A stretch of 64,000 bases of DNA from an uncultured Actinomycetota bacterium (GCA_963799975.1 CAWCZF010000004.1:312744-376743), one strand, 5' to 3'; positions 1-12,896 are shown, counted from the stretch's first letter. Notes: generated from the letters alone by a model not told the origin. Translations and numbers: made by a program.

Positions 1-389
1 GCGGCCTGATCTCCAGCGCGGCCGACCTGACCCGCCTGATCTCGGCGATCTTCGGTGGCCGCGTGGTGCCGTCCTCGGAGCTGCCGGAGATGTTCACCGT
101 CCCGAAGGTCAGGTACGGCGGCACCGACAACTGCGTCCTCGGCCCCGAGGCCGGCCAGGCGTGCTTCAGCGCCGGCCTCATGAAGGTGATGCTGCCGAAC
201 GGCCTGGTCGGCTGGGGTAAGACGGGCGCGCGGCCCGGGTACACGAGCGGCCTGTTCGCAACGCGTGACCTGCGCCGCGTCCTCGTCTACTCGCTGACCC
301 CCACGGGGAACAAGGACGGCTCGGAGCTGCCGTACGCGCTGAGGATCGCCGCCGCCGCCTTCGACCCGGGCCTCATGGACGGCCACTGA
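1..389 (+). CDS. serine hydrolase / beta-lactamase-family (DD-peptidase-like) protein, C-terminal part; 5' end outside window
   Basis: The frame is open from the window edge to the stop at 387-389. The tail contains a KTG box (GWGKTGARPGYTSGLFATRD) typical of penicillin-binding/serine hydrolase folds. Confidence 0.55.
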   Translation, partial: GLISSAADLTRLISAIFGGRVVPSSELPEMFTVPKVRYGGTDNCVLGPEAGQACFSAGLMKVMLPNGLVGWGKTGARPGYTSGLFATRDLRRVLVYSLTPTGNKDGSELPYALRIAAAAFDPGLMDGH

Positions 390-398
390 CCGGGCGGG

Positions 399-737
399 CT
401 ACTCGCCGTCGAAGGCGCGTACCGCCCGTTTCGGCGCGGTCATGCGCCACGCCTCGACGAGAAGCTCGCGCAGGTGGTCCGCCGGGATCCGGTGGACGTC
501 GACGCCGACCCACCCGTGGCGCCCGACGTACGCGGGGTAGGCGAACGTCTCCGGATCCTCGGCGATCAGGGCCGACTGCTCGTCCTTGGTCGCCTTGACG
601 CTCGCGCGCGTGCCGTCGTCGGACATCATCGCGAAGATCTTGTTCCGTACGCGGAAGGTCGCCTCTCCCCAGGTCTCGCGCTCCTCCGCGGAGGGCAGGG
701 AGAGGGCGATCTCGCGCAGCTCGTCGCCGGAGGCCAT
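399..737 (-). CDS. MmcQ/YjbR-family DNA-binding protein
   Basis: Internal ATG at 735-737 of ORF 399..1151. The 112-aa product (MASGDELREIALSLPSAEERETWGEATFRVRNKIFAMM...GWVGVDV) has the typical YjbR pattern. The upstream part of the ORF is Arg/Gly-rich junk. Confidence 0.7.
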   Translation of the reverse strand: MASGDELREIALSLPSAEERETWGEATFRVRNKIFAMMSDDGTRASVKATKDEQSALIAEDPETFAYPAYVGRHGWVGVDVHRIPADHLRELLVEAWRMTAPKRAVRAFDGE

Positions 738-1210
738 CAGATGCGCGAGGCCGAGCGGTGCTCGTCCTCGTCCTCGGGGCCCTTGGGTACCCGGCAGGCG
801 TGTTCGAGGACCAGCGCGCCGACGATCAGGGCGATGGCGGCCAGCGCCGTCCCGCCGCTCACGTAGAAGTCGCGCCGCGGCGTCGGCTTGTCCAGCGAGG
901 ACGCGAGGTAGATCGCCATGCCGCCGAAGGCGCCGGCCAGCACCGCCGCCGCGTTCGCGCTGGCCTTGGCGAGCGCCGCGAGACGCGCGGCGACCAGCGG
1001 CTCTACCGGCCGGGTGCCCGGACGCCGCTGGATGCGGGCGCGGGTGACGAACGCGGTGTACAGCTCGCCGAGCGCCAGCAGGAGCAGCGAGGGCACCATC
1101 GTCCACGGCAGCAGCGGCAGCGAGCCGTACAGGAATCGCACCACGGCCCACGTCAGCCCCGCCGCCACGATCAGCGTGACGGCGAGGACGGGGAGACGAG
1201 TCGGCTTCAC
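737..1210 (-). CDS. DUF3180-type integral membrane protein, the usual gene downstream of folK in actinobacteria
   Basis: GTG at 1208-1210 overlaps the folK stop (GTGA). The product has four hydrophobic helices (LPVLAVTLIVAAGLTWAVV..., MVPSLLLLALGELY...). Its position matches the Rv3605c-like gene. Confidence 0.6.
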   Translation of the reverse strand: MKPTRLPVLAVTLIVAAGLTWAVVRFLYGSLPLLPWTMVPSLLLLALGELYTAFVTRARIQRRPGTRPVEPLVAARLAALAKASANAAAVLAGAFGGMAIYLASSLDKPTPRRDFYVSGGTALAAIALIVGALVLEHACRVPKGPEDEDEHRSASRI

Positions 1211-1728
1211 GCGGGCGGCTGCAGGGCTAGGTCGTCGCGGCGGCGCAGCTCCTGGTCGGCCACGCCGTCGAGCAGGTCGGTGAGGCGGCCACGGCCCGGC
1301 AGCGTCGCGTCCGGGTCGAGATCGCACCACGGGCGGAGCACGAAGGCGCGCTCGCCCGCGCGCGGGTGCGGCAGGAGCAGGTCGGGATCATCGGAGGTCA
1401 CGTCGCCCATCATCACGATGTCGATGTCGAGCGTACGGGGACCCCAGCGCACCACCCGCGTACGGTCCATCGACTCCTCGATGGCCAGCACGCGTTCGAG
1501 CAGCGACTCCGGGGCGACCCGGCTGTTCGCCACGATCACGACGTTGAGGAAGTCGCCCTGCTCCGGGCCGCCGACGGGTTTGGTCTCATAGACCGGCGAG
1601 AGCGCGACGAAGTCCAGCCCGGGGGCGTCGAAGAGCGCGTCGATCGCCTCCTGGAGGTTGTCCAGCCGATCGCCGAGGTTGCTGCCGAGGGAGAGCACGG
1701 TCTGGCGCTTCTCCGCGGATGTCGTCAT
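1207..1728 (-). CDS. folK: 2-amino-4-hydroxy-6-hydroxymethyldihydropteridine diphosphokinase
   Basis: MTTSAEKRQTVLSLGSNLGDRLDNLQEAIDAL...WGPRTLDIDIV...LPHPRAGERAFVLRPW is a classic HPPK signature. The ATG at 1726-1728 overlaps the folB stop (ATGA). Confidence 0.9.
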   Translation of the reverse strand: MTTSAEKRQTVLSLGSNLGDRLDNLQEAIDALFDAPGLDFVALSPVYETKPVGGPEQGDFLNVVIVANSRVAPESLLERVLAIEESMDRTRVVRWGPRTLDIDIVMMGDVTSDDPDLLLPHPRAGERAFVLRPWCDLDPDATLPGRGRLTDLLDGVADQELRRRDDLALQPPA

Positions 1729-2087
1729 TGGCGGCTCCGATGAATGGTCACGGCAATGTCGGTGAAGGGGTGCGGCACGGGAGCGCTCGGCTTGTGCACG
1801 GTGACCTCCACCTCCTCGACCAGGGGCGGGTCGAGGCACACACTCGCGAGGCGGTCCGCCAGCGTCTCGATGAGGTTGACGGACTCGCCTTCGACGACGG
1901 CGACCAGCCGGTCGGCCAGCGCGCCGTAGTCCACGGTACGCAACAGATCGTCGCCCGCGGCGGCCGGGCGGGTGTCGAGTCCGAGTACGACGTCGACCAC
2001 GAACTCCTGACCCAGCTCGCGTTCGGCGGGCAGGCAGCCGTGCCGGCCGCGGGCCCGCAGCCCGCTCAGCGCTATCCGGTCATTCAT
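1725..2087 (-). CDS. folB: dihydroneopterin aldolase
   Basis: 120-aa ORF: MNDRIALSGLRARGRHGCLPAERELGQEFVVDVVLGLD...VEEVEVTVHKP. It sits between the folP region and folK. Confidence 0.9.
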   Translation of the reverse strand: MNDRIALSGLRARGRHGCLPAERELGQEFVVDVVLGLDTRPAAAGDDLLRTVDYGALADRLVAVVEGESVNLIETLADRLASVCLDPPLVEEVEVTVHKPSAPVPHPFTDIAVTIHRSRQ

Positions 2088-2520
2088 CCTCGTCGTCGCC
2101 TTCTTCGCGGTTCAGCACCGGCGAACCGTGGTGCAGCCACATTCGCCAGCCTCCGTCCGTACGGATGAACGCGTTGGTGGTCACGACGCTTCCCCCGGAG
2201 GTGAGCGCGTCCGCGGACTCCTCGACGGCGGTGATGATGTTCTCCGAGCAGGTGAGCACGGCCTGGTCGCCCGAGACGCGCACCTGGGTGTCGGTGAGCA
2301 CGAACTGGATGTACGGGGTGTTCGCCATGATCAACGCCCAGGAGCGCAGCACCGTGCCGCGGCCGCGCAGCAGCGGCCAGCCCGGGTGCACGCAGACGAC
2401 CTCCTCGGCGTGCGGCCCGTCGGCCCAGACCAGGCCCATCCGGTCGAGGTCGGCGGACTCGAAGGCGGCGTAGAACTCGGCGTTGACCGTCTCGACGGCG
2501 CTCACGTCGGCCTGCGTCAC
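2080..2520 (-). CDS. nuclear transport factor 2 (SnoaL/DUF4440-like) family protein
   Basis: GTG at 2518-2520 (VTQADVSAVETVNAEFYAAFESADLDRMGLVWADG...GGWRMWLHHGSPV). It overlaps the folB start by 8 nt and the presumed folP stop (GTGA). Confidence 0.7.
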   Translation of the reverse strand: MTQADVSAVETVNAEFYAAFESADLDRMGLVWADGPHAEEVVCVHPGWPLLRGRGTVLRSWALIMANTPYIQFVLTDTQVRVSGDQAVLTCSENIITAVEESADALTSGGSVVTTNAFIRTDGGWRMWLHHGSPVLNREEGDDEDE

Positions 2521-3386
2521 GGCCGCCTCCCGCGAGGCGGCGCCCCACGCGGCCGCGGCGCGTACGGCGTCGGCGTTGGGCGCTGACGTTGTGCACGCGT
2601 ACGCACCAGGCCCCCGCGGCGGCGGCCAGCGCGGTGATCGCCACGGTGGCGTCGTCGGACTCGGCGAACGGCCGCGGGGTGCCGTCCGGGCGCGGCCAGC
2701 AGCTGCCCGAGGAACCGCTTGCGCGAGGCCGCCACCAGCACCGGATGGCCCAGGCTCGATCAGCTCGCCGAGATGGGCGAGCAGCGTCCAGTTGTGGTTG
2801 TCCTCCGGCCGCTTGGCGAAGCCGAGGCCCGGGTCCACGATGAGCCGCGCCGGGTCGACGCCCTCGCGGACGATCGCGCCGATACGGGCGCGCAACTCGT
2901 CGGCTGACCTCGCGTACGACGTCGGCGTAGATCGCGCGGGTGTCCATGTCGTGGCTGTGCCCGCGCCAGTGCATGACGACGTACGGCACGGCCGCCTTGG
3001 CCACGACGCGCGGCATGGCGGGGTCGGCCAGCCCGCCGCTGACGTCGTTGACGAGCCGCGCACCCGCCGCGACGGCAGCCTCGGCCACCTCGGCGCGCAT
3101 GGTGTCGACGCTCGACCGGGACGCCCTCGGCGGACAGCGCCTCGATCACCGGGACGACCCGGCGAAGCTCCTCGGTCAGGGAGACCCGCTGCGCGCCGGG
3201 CCGGGTCGACTCACCGCCGACGTCGACGAGGTCGGCACCGTCCCGCATGAGTTCGAGGCCGTGCCGGATCGCCGCCTCGCGGTCGAAGTAGGCCCCGCCG
3301 TCGGAGAAGGAGTCGGGGGTCACGTTGACCACGCCCATGACGAGACAACGCCCCGGATCGGGCAGGCCGGCGATGCTCGTGGTCAT
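2517..3386 (-). pseudogene. folP: dihydropteroate synthase; reading frame interrupted at least 5 times as given (probable indel errors, true decay not excluded)
   Basis: DHPS similarity is continuous but hops frame near 3115, 2905, 2750, 2690 and 2585. The segments are MTTSIAGL..GVVNVTPDSFSDGG..VDVGGESTRPG / SVDTMRAEVAEAAVAAGARLVNDVSGG / ADELRARIGAIVREGVDPARLIVDPGLGFAK / LVAASRKRFLG / ATVAITALAAAAGAWCVRVHNV. Each hop goes in the same direction (+1). Confidence 0.85.
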
Positions 3387-3498
3387 ACCGATCAGCCTAG
3401 TGCGAGGGCGTCCCCGAGATCCGGCCGTCGCGATCGCGTCCGCGGGACGCGGCTGAGGGCGAACGCCCGCGCTCAGTGCGGCGAGCCGACCGACCGCG

Positions 3499-5277
3499 TC
3501 AGGGGGAGGGCAGAGTGCGTTTCGGGGGGCGCTTGAGGCCCGGGAAGCGCAGTCTCGGCCAGACGATGAACGCCTCGGCCTCCAGGGCGGCCAGTGCGAT
3601 GCGCGGGGCGTCGTTCAGGCTCGGATAGACGAAGAACCGCGGCTGCCAGACCGGCTGGAACTTGGCGTTGAACTTGTACAGCGACTCGATCTGGAACCAG
3701 CGCGACAGGAACACCAGCAGCCCGCGCCATGCCTTGAGCACTGGACCCGCGCCGATTCGCTCGCCTCGGGCCAGGGCCGCGCGGAAGACCGCGAAGTTGA
3801 GTGACACCCGTTTGACGCCCAGGTCGGGCGCTGCCTTGAGGGCCTCGACGATGAGGAAGTCGTTCAGGCCCGGCTGGGCGGACCGGTCGCGGCGCATGAG
3901 GTCGAGGGAGAGCCCGTCGGTGCCCCACGGCACGAAGTGCAGGATCGCGTGCAGCGTGCCGTCCTTGGTGGCGGTGGCGAACACGCACTCCTCGTCGCCC
4001 GGCTCGCCGACCCTGCCCAGGGCCATCGAGAAGCCGCGTTCGTTGTCGGTGCCGCGCCACGCGCCCGCCCGCTCCCACAGCGCGCGCAACTCGTCGGGAC
4101 GGAAGTCCTTCTCCCGCCGGATCTCCGCGACGTACCCCTGCCGCCCCACGCGGTTGACCATCTGCCGTACGTTGCGCATCGTACGGCCGTCGAGGGAGAA
4201 CTCGGCGGCGTCCACGATGGCCTCGTCGCCGAGTTCGAGCGCGGACAGGCCGGACTCGCGGCACCAGACCTCAGCGGCGAGTTCGCTACAGCCCATGACG
4301 CCCGGCACCCAGGCGTGCGCCGCCGCCTCCTCCAGGAACGCCTGGATCGCGCCGGGCCACGCCTCGGGGTCGCCGATCGGGTCGCCGCCCGCCAGCATCA
4401 CGCCGGAGACCACCCGGTATGTCACGCACGCCTTGCCGGTGGGCGACCAGATCACGCTCTTGTCGCGGCGCAGCGAGAAGTAGCCGAGCGAGTCACGCGC
4501 TCCCTGCCGGTCGAGCAGTTCGCGGATGCGCTCCTCGTCCTCGGGCGACAGCGACGGCGCCGGCTCGGCCGGGCGCAGGAAGAGGAAGACCGTCATCCCG
4601 CCGGTGAACAGGCCGAGTGAGCCGAGCATCAGGCTGAACAGGTCGTTCTTGCGGTCGGAGACGAACGTCACCGGGCCGGTGGCGCCGACCAGGCCCGCGA
4701 CCACGTGCTCCAGCCGCGCGGAGAAGGCGTAACCGTGGTCGAGGCCGCCGGAATTGAGTGCGATGAAGAGCAGGCCGAGCCCGACGCTGGAAACCGCGAG
4801 GAACAGCCCCACCCACAGCGCGCGCCAGCGGGTGCGCGGGTCGCCGGTCGCGTAGAACTCGGCGCGGAAGTACACCAGCGTGGCGAGCATCGCCACCGCC
4901 ACGATCGCGGAGATCGCGAAGTCCTTCACGATGTGGGAGAAGACGGTGAAGGCGAGCAGGCCGACGACGGCACGCCAGGCGCGGCGCTTGCGGCGGCGCA
5001 GGCCGCGCGCGAGCAGGAGGAAGAGCAGGCCCGCGACGAGTGTCGCCGTACGCGCGGCGTTGTTGACCGAGCCGGGCACGAACTCGTCGACGCGTACCAT
5101 CCGGCGGTGCCACTCGGGGAGCAGTGCCCCGATCACATCGTGCAGTCCGACCAGGAAGGTCAGCCAGCCGGCGACCGCCGGAACCCAGCGGCGCTGCCGG
5201 CGACGCTCCTGAACGACCTCGCGCCCCTCGGCCTCGGGACGCCCTGAGGTCTCACGCTTCGACTCCACCATCATCAC
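3499..5277 (-). CDS. membrane protein with C-terminal phosphatidylglycerol lysyltransferase (MprF/LysX C-terminal, DUF2156) domain
   Basis: Intact 592-aa ORF. The N-terminal half is hydrophobic. The C-terminal half has ...SLGYFSLRRDKSVIWSPTGKACVTYRVV...FLIVEALKAAPDLGVKRVSLNFAVFR...KFNAKFQPVWQPRF, typical of aminoacyl-PG synthase domains. Confidence 0.75.
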   Translation of the reverse strand: MMMVESKRETSGRPEAEGREVVQERRRQRRWVPAVAGWLTFLVGLHDVIGALLPEWHRRMVRVDEFVPGSVNNAARTATLVAGLLFLLLARGLRRRKRRAWRAVVGLLAFTVFSHIVKDFAISAIVAVAMLATLVYFRAEFYATGDPRTRWRALWVGLFLAVSSVGLGLLFIALNSGGLDHGYAFSARLEHVVAGLVGATGPVTFVSDRKNDLFSLMLGSLGLFTGGMTVFLFLRPAEPAPSLSPEDEERIRELLDRQGARDSLGYFSLRRDKSVIWSPTGKACVTYRVVSGVMLAGGDPIGDPEAWPGAIQAFLEEAAAHAWVPGVMGCSELAAEVWCRESGLSALELGDEAIVDAAEFSLDGRTMRNVRQMVNRVGRQGYVAEIRREKDFRPDELRALWERAGAWRGTDNERGFSMALGRVGEPGDEECVFATATKDGTLHAILHFVPWGTDGLSLDLMRRDRSAQPGLNDFLIVEALKAAPDLGVKRVSLNFAVFRAALARGERIGAGPVLKAWRGLLVFLSRWFQIESLYKFNAKFQPVWQPRFFVYPSLNDAPRIALAALEAEAFIVWPRLRFPGLKRPPKRTLPSP

Positions 5278-5441
5278 GGCCCCACAGCGTAGTCAGCCGG
5301 GTGTTCGCCGTACGCCCTATCCTCATAATGCCACTTTGCCCCGTGTATACAGGCGTTCGCGACGGCAATCCCCGAGTCACGGTAACACCGCAGACTCCTT
5401 GTTCGACGTCGAGTCAGAGGCGTTGGTTCGCGCGCCGCGCG

Positions 5442-6034
5442 TCAGCGGCCGAGGATGAGGCTCATCGCCTCGGCGCGCGTGCTCGGCTGGTCACGGAAGT
5501 CTCCGCGTACGGCGGACGTGAGCGTCTTGGCACCGGGCTTGCGCACGCCGCGCATGGTCATGCACAGGTGTTCGGCCTCCACGACGACGATCACCCCGCG
5601 CGGCTCCAGGACGTTCATCAGGGCGTCGGCGATCTGCGAGGTCATCCGCTCCTGGATCTGCGGGCGGCGGGCGTAGACGTCGACCAGCCGGGCCAGCTTG
5701 GACAGCCCGGTGATCTGGCCCTTCTCGTTCGGGGTGTAGCCGACGTGCGCCATGCCGTGGAACGGCACCAGATGATGCTCGCAGAGGCTGTAGACCTCGA
5801 TGTCCTTGACGATCACCATCTCGTCGTGGTCGGCGTCGAAGACCGTGCTGAGCACGTCCTCGGGCCGCTGGCGCATGCCGGCGAGCTGTTCGGCGTACGC
5901 GCGTGCGACGCGCGCGGGGGTCTCGGCAAGACCATCGCGGTCGGGGTCCTCCCCGACCGCGATGAGGATCTCGCGGACCGCCTTCTCGATGCGTGCCTGA
6001 TCGATCGGCGGTCCGTGCTGCTCTGGAGCTGGCG

Positions 6035-6038
<4 letters not shown>
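5442..6038 (-). CDS. folE: GTP cyclohydrolase I
   Basis: GTG at 6036-6038 overlaps the ftsH stop (GTGA). Motifs include ...[22 protein letters not shown]...[16 protein letters not shown]. Confidence 0.9.
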
Positions 6039-8053
<2,015 letters not shown>

Positions 8054-8245
8054 TTATGCGGAACCCCATAGTGGGGCCCCGTCCCTCCTGACCAGCGTCA
8101 TCAGACCTCGTCGCGCGAACGCCCGGCGAGGCGGTCTTCCTGAGTGCGGCCCGCAAGGAGCCCGAGATAACGAAGGTACACCGGTGTCGCGGAAGACCGC
8201 AGCACGACGTCCGGCGCCCTACTTCGTAGTTGGCAACGTACGGGG

Positions 8246-8818
8246 CTAAGCCTCTTGTTCCCTGCCTCCACCGTAGACGTGCGGCGCGAGTGTGCCGACG
8301 AAGGGCAGATTGCGGTAGCGCTCCGCGTAGTCGAGGCCGTACCCGATCACGAACTCGTTGGGGATGTCGAAACCGACGTACTTGACTCCGACCTCGATCT
8401 TGGCCGCATCGGGCTTTCGCAGCAGCGTGCAGACCTCGAGCGAGGCCGGGCCGCGGGATTCGAGGTTGCTCCGCAGCCAGGAGAGTGTGAGCCCAGAGTC
8501 GACGATGTCCTCGACGATCAGCACGTGACGGCCCATGATGTCGGAGTCCAGGTCCTTGAGAATGCGCACGACGCCCGACGACTTGGTCCCCGAGCCGTAC
8601 GACGAGACGGCCATCCAGTCCATCGAGACCGGCGAGTGCAGGGCGCGCGCCAGGTCGGCCATGACCATGACCGCGCCCTTGAGGACCCCGACGAGCAGCA
8701 GGTCGCGGCCCGCGTAGTCCGCGTCGATCTGAGCGGCGAGCTCCCGGATCTTGGCCTGGAGCTCGTCCTCGGGGATGAGCACCTTCTCCAGGTCCGCCCG
8801 CATGTCCGCTTCGTCCAC
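8246..8818 (-). CDS. hpt: hypoxanthine phosphoribosyltransferase
   Basis: ...[22 protein letters not shown]...[17 protein letters not shown]...[22 protein letters not shown]. The start is uncertain: GTG 8818, ATG 8803, or ATG 8881. The 8881 start would overlap the tilS stop. Confidence 0.9.
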   Translation of the reverse strand: MDEADMRADLEKVLIPEDELQAKIRELAAQIDADYAGRDLLLVGVLKGAVMVMADLARALHSPVSMDWMAVSSYGSGTKSSGVVRILKDLDSDIMGRHVLIVEDIVDSGLTLSWLRSNLESRGPASLEVCTLLRKPDAAKIEVGVKYVGFDIPNEFVIGYGLDYAERYRNLPFVGTLAPHVYGGGREQEA

Positions 8819-8877
8819 CAAAAGCCCTTCCAGCTCGCGCGGCCCGCTGCCGCCGTGTTCACCGTCAGCGGAACAAA

Positions 8878-9865
8878 TCATCGGGACGAGGTGCCCATTT
8901 GGGATGGTCCGAAGATCAGCTTTTCATACCGCCTCCGAACCCGTACGTGGCCGGGCAGGTCGACGTGTGACTGGCCGTGCCACGCGGTGACCAGGGCGTC
9001 CACGGCCTCGACATGCACCGCGGCGAGCGTACCGGGCGGGCTGCCGGCCGCGATGGCCGCCCTGTGCAGGACCCGGGTGCGCACGGCGCGCGGCAGACGG
9101 CGCCAGCACACGCACGTCCAGCGCCTCCGCACCGGCCTCCTCCAGCGCCTCCGCGGCCCAGTCGTCCAGGGCGTCGGCGTCGTCGCGGAGCATCCGGGCC
9201 GTACGCGCCAGGGCGGCGGCCATGCCGGGGCCCAGACCCTGCTCCAGCGCGGGCAGGACGTCGGCGCGCACGCGCGCACGTGCGTACGCGCGGTCGCGGT
9301 TGTGCGGATCGTCCCAGGGGCGCAGGCCCATGGCGGCACACGCGCGGTGGGTGAGGTCGCGGCCGAGATCCAGCAGCGGGCGGCGGTAGCGGCCGGAGAC
9401 GGCGGGCATGCCGGCGAGCGAGCGCGCGCCCGAGCCGCGTGCCAGCCCGAGCAGTACGGTCTCGGCCTGGTCGTCCAGTGTGTGCCCCAGGAGCACGACG
9501 GTGGCCCGGTGACGCGTGGCGGCCTCGCCGAGCGCGGCGTACCGCGCGGTGCGCGCGGCCGCCTCCATGCCGCCACCGGAGCCGACGGCGACCGTACGCG
9601 ACTCGGCCGGGGACAGCCCGAGCCTGGCCATGACGGCCACGACGTCGGCGGCACGCTCCGCCGAGCCCTCCTGCAGATCATGGTCGACCGTCACCCCACC
9701 GGCCTGGTGACCGGATCTGGCCGCCTCGAACGCCAGCGCCCCGGCGAGCGCGAGGGAGTCCGCGCCGCCGCTGCACGCGACGAGCACCAGGTCGCCGGCC
9801 TCGACGGCGGCGAGAGTACGGCGCACCGCGAGGCGCACCGCCGCGACCGCCGGATCAGGTCCCAC
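8878..9865 (-). pseudogene. tilS: tRNA(Ile)-lysidine synthetase; one frame interruption near 9110 as given
   Basis: N-terminal PP-loop ([17 protein letters not shown]), ...[22 protein letters not shown].... The C-terminal 75 aa continue in a +1 frame ([18 protein letters not shown]...[18 protein letters not shown]). Confidence 0.85.
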
Positions 9866-10086
9866 CCGTCCATTGTCGCGGCTCTGGAGGCCACGCGGGT
9901 GCCGGCCGCCCGCCCTGGCCTCGCCACAGGGGCCAGGGGGCGGGGAGATCACAGCCAGGTCCGGCCGTGCCCGTACGCCCAAGTGGCCGCGGAAGCGCCC
10001 CGCCCAGAGTTATCCACAGCCCGTCCGCTCCCCTTCCCCTCGCCGCGAGCCGGACTAGACAATGGAATTGGGGTGGCGCCCCCTGG

Positions 10087-10145
10087 GCGGGCGGGGCTAG
10101 TGCGGGCGGGGCTAGTGCGGGCGGGCTAGTGCGGGCGGGGCTCGT
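10087..10145. repeat. four tandem copies of a 15-bp unit (GCGGGCGGGGCTAGT; copy 3 lacks one G, copy 4 has one substitution) in an intergenic region
   Basis: Read directly at 10087-10101, 10102-10116, 10117-10130 and 10131-10145. Confidence 0.8.
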
Positions 10146-10270
10146 ACGGGCGGGGGTTTCCTGCCGTGCGTTGGGCATGGTGCGGCGGAGGGCTCGTTGA
10201 GTTCGACGACGCCGCCGGGCAGGGTTTTGTGCGGGCCGGGCTGTACGGGCGCGGCGGTGCGGTCTCCCGG

Positions 10271-11398
10271 CTAGTCGGCGGTGGCCTCGCCCGAGGCCGG
10301 CAGCTCAGGCGTGCCGATGACGCGGCTTATCCACAGGTCCGGGTCCTTGATCTCGGTGTGGGTCGGCAGCGTGTTGGGCGAGGTCCAGACGCGGTTGAAG
10401 CCGGCCATGCCGACGCGGTCGATGACGGCGGTGACGAAGCGCGAGCCCTCGGCGTACTGCTTCATCTTCATCTCCAGGCCCAGCAGCCGCCGGATCACGC
10501 GGTCCACCTGTGACGCGCCCTCGCGCCGGTGCTGGAACTTGGCGCGGATGTCGGCGACGGTCGGCACGACCTCGGGGCCGACCGCGTCCATCACGTAGTC
10601 GCCGTGGCCCTCGGCCAGCGTCATCACCGCGGTGAGTCGGTCGAGGATCTCGCGCTGCTCGGGGGTCTGGATCGCGTCGATGAGGTTGCCCTCGCCGCCG
10701 CGTACGACGTCCGCGACCGCCTCGCCGACGCCGCGCAGTCGCTCCAGCATGCGCGCCCGGATCGAGGTCGGAGGCCAGCAGGAAGGCGGTCATCTGGTCC
10801 TGGACGTACGCCCGCAGCCACGAGACCGAGGCGAACTGGGCGCGGTGGGTCTCCTCGTGCAGGCACACCCACAGCCGGAAGTCATGGGCGTCGACCTTGA
10901 GCTCCTGCTCGGCGCCGACGATGTTGGGCGCGACGAGCGTCAGCCGGCCCGTGGGCGCGCGGCCGGTGGGGTCCGGCGGCAGGAAGAGCTCGTACTGGCC
11001 GAGTACGCGGCTGGCCATGTAGGCGAGGATCGCGCCGACCTGCATGCCGGTCACCCGCGAGCCCACGGCCTGTACGACCGCGCCGCCGGCGCCGCCGCCG
11101 AGCAGGCCGCTGCCACGGCGCGCCTGGAGCTGCTCCATCAGCGGTTCGAGGACGACGCGGAAGCCGTCGACGTTCGCCTGGATCCAGCCGGGGCGGTCCA
11201 CCACCTTGGCCGGCGACGGGTCGATCCCGCCGTCCATCCCGGTGAAGTCGCGTACGTGGCCCTGCGCCACCTCGGAAAGCTCCCGCAGCTCGGCGACGAC
11301 CTGACGAGCCTCCCTGGGGCTGACCTGCGGCCCTGGGCGGACAAGACGGGTCCCCGTCTGAACGGCGACATTCCAGTCGATCATGGATGCTGGCATTG
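10271..11398 (-). pseudogene. zinc-dependent metalloprotease (DUF2342-type, HExxH); one frame interruption near 10755
   Basis: MPASMIDWNVAVQTGTRLV...RLWVCLHEETHRAQF... then a +1 hop to MLERLRGVGEAV...LAEGHGDYVMDAVG...MKQYAEGSRF. GGAG-like RBS context before the ATG at 11396-11398. Confidence 0.75.
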
Positions 11399-11511
11399 CA
11401 ACCCTCTCCGGCCGGGCCCTCCACCTAACGGTACGTCCCCGATCGCCTGGGGAGCATGCCTCACATGCTCCAACGCCCGGAGACCTCCGATGAACTCCCT
11501 CGACGTGACGA

Positions 11512-12896
11512 TCAACGACAACCGCAGCCGGCGAGGGTGCCGGCGAGCGTGTCCAGTGCGGCCAGCGCGAGCCGACGGGGACTGCACGTGGTTGGCCATG
11601 AACGCGAACGCGAGCAGCCGCCCGTCCGCGTCGTACACCACGCCGGCGAGGGTGTTGACCCCGTCGAGCGTGCCCGTCTTGGCGCGTACGACACCTCGGC
11701 CGGCCGCCGCCGTACCCAGGCCGTAGCGGTGGGCGAGCGTGCCGGAGAACCCCGCGATCGGCATGCCGGACATCACCGTACGCACCTCGGGGTGCTCGGC
11801 CGAGGAGGCGTCGAAGGCGAGGAGCCGCGCCAGGCCGCCCGGCGTGATCCGGTTGAGGTGGGAGAGCCCGCTGCCGTCGACCGTGTCGATGCCGGCCGCG
11901 ATGCCGAGGCCGCTCGAGCACCTGGTGCACCGCCGCGGCCCCGCCCTGGAAGGTGACCGGGCGGCCGAGCTTCATCGCGACCTGGCGTGCCATCGCCTCG
12001 GCGATGTCGTTGTCGCTGTCGGTCAGCAGCCGCTCGACCAGCGCGGAGATCGGCGGGGACTGTACGGCTCCGAGCCGCTGCGCGCCTTTGGGCGCGCGTC
12101 CGCGCGCGCCGATGGTGGCCGACACGCCCTGCCGGTCGAGCTGCCGTGCGAACGCCGCGGCGGCGATCCGCGGCGGGTCGGCGACCCGGGTGGGCGAGCC
12201 CGGCGCGACGCGGCCCTCGTCCAGTTCCAGCGCGGAGACCGGGGCGACGTCGCCCTCGGCGAAGTAGCCGGGCTTCCAGCCGGGCCCGGAGGTGCCGCCC
12301 TGGTAGGCGGAGGCGTCGTAGTCGACCTTCACGTGCCGTACGCCGGCGGCCTTCAGCGCGGTCGCGGTCTGCGCGGCCAGGTCGGCGAGCGTGGCCGGCT
12401 TGGGGTAGGCGTTCTTGGGCGCGGAGGTCGTCAGCGTGGGGTCGCCGCCGCCGACGAGGACCACGCCGTTGCCGTCGCGTACGGCGCTGGTGGTGATCCG
12501 GTGGTCCGGCCCGGCGGAGGCGAGCACGGCCGTCGAGGTGGTCAGCTTGGTGGTCGAGGCGGGTACGGCGGGCAGGTCGGCGTTGCTGGCGAACAGGGCC
12601 TTGTGCGTCATGGCGTCGATCACGGTGCCGCTGAGGTCGGCGCCCATGCCGGAGTTCCGCATCGGACCCGCCAGGCGCGCCGCCAGCGATCCGGATGTGG
12701 GCAGCGGCGCGCTCCCGGCCACCGGGGTCAGCGCGAGCTTGCCCGCGCTCATGATCGATCTGGCCGCCACCGTCGGCGGGCGCAGCGCGAGCGAACGGTC
12801 AGGTGTGAGCTTGACCACTGCCAGCGCGGCAGCGACCAGGAAGACGTTCAGCAGCGCCAGTGTGATCATGGCCACGGCGCGCTCGGGCCTGCGCAC
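11512..12896 (-). pseudogene. D-alanyl-D-alanine carboxypeptidase/endopeptidase (PBP4 / S13 family); two frame interruptions (near 11925 and 11585)
   Basis: Signal/TM segment (ITLALLNVFLVAAALAVV) and SxxK (PASTTKLTT). After the hops come ...TDSDNDIAEAM..., ...GVVRAKTGTLDGVNTLAGVV...FAFMAN and then ...ALDTLAGTLAGCGC. Confidence 0.8.
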
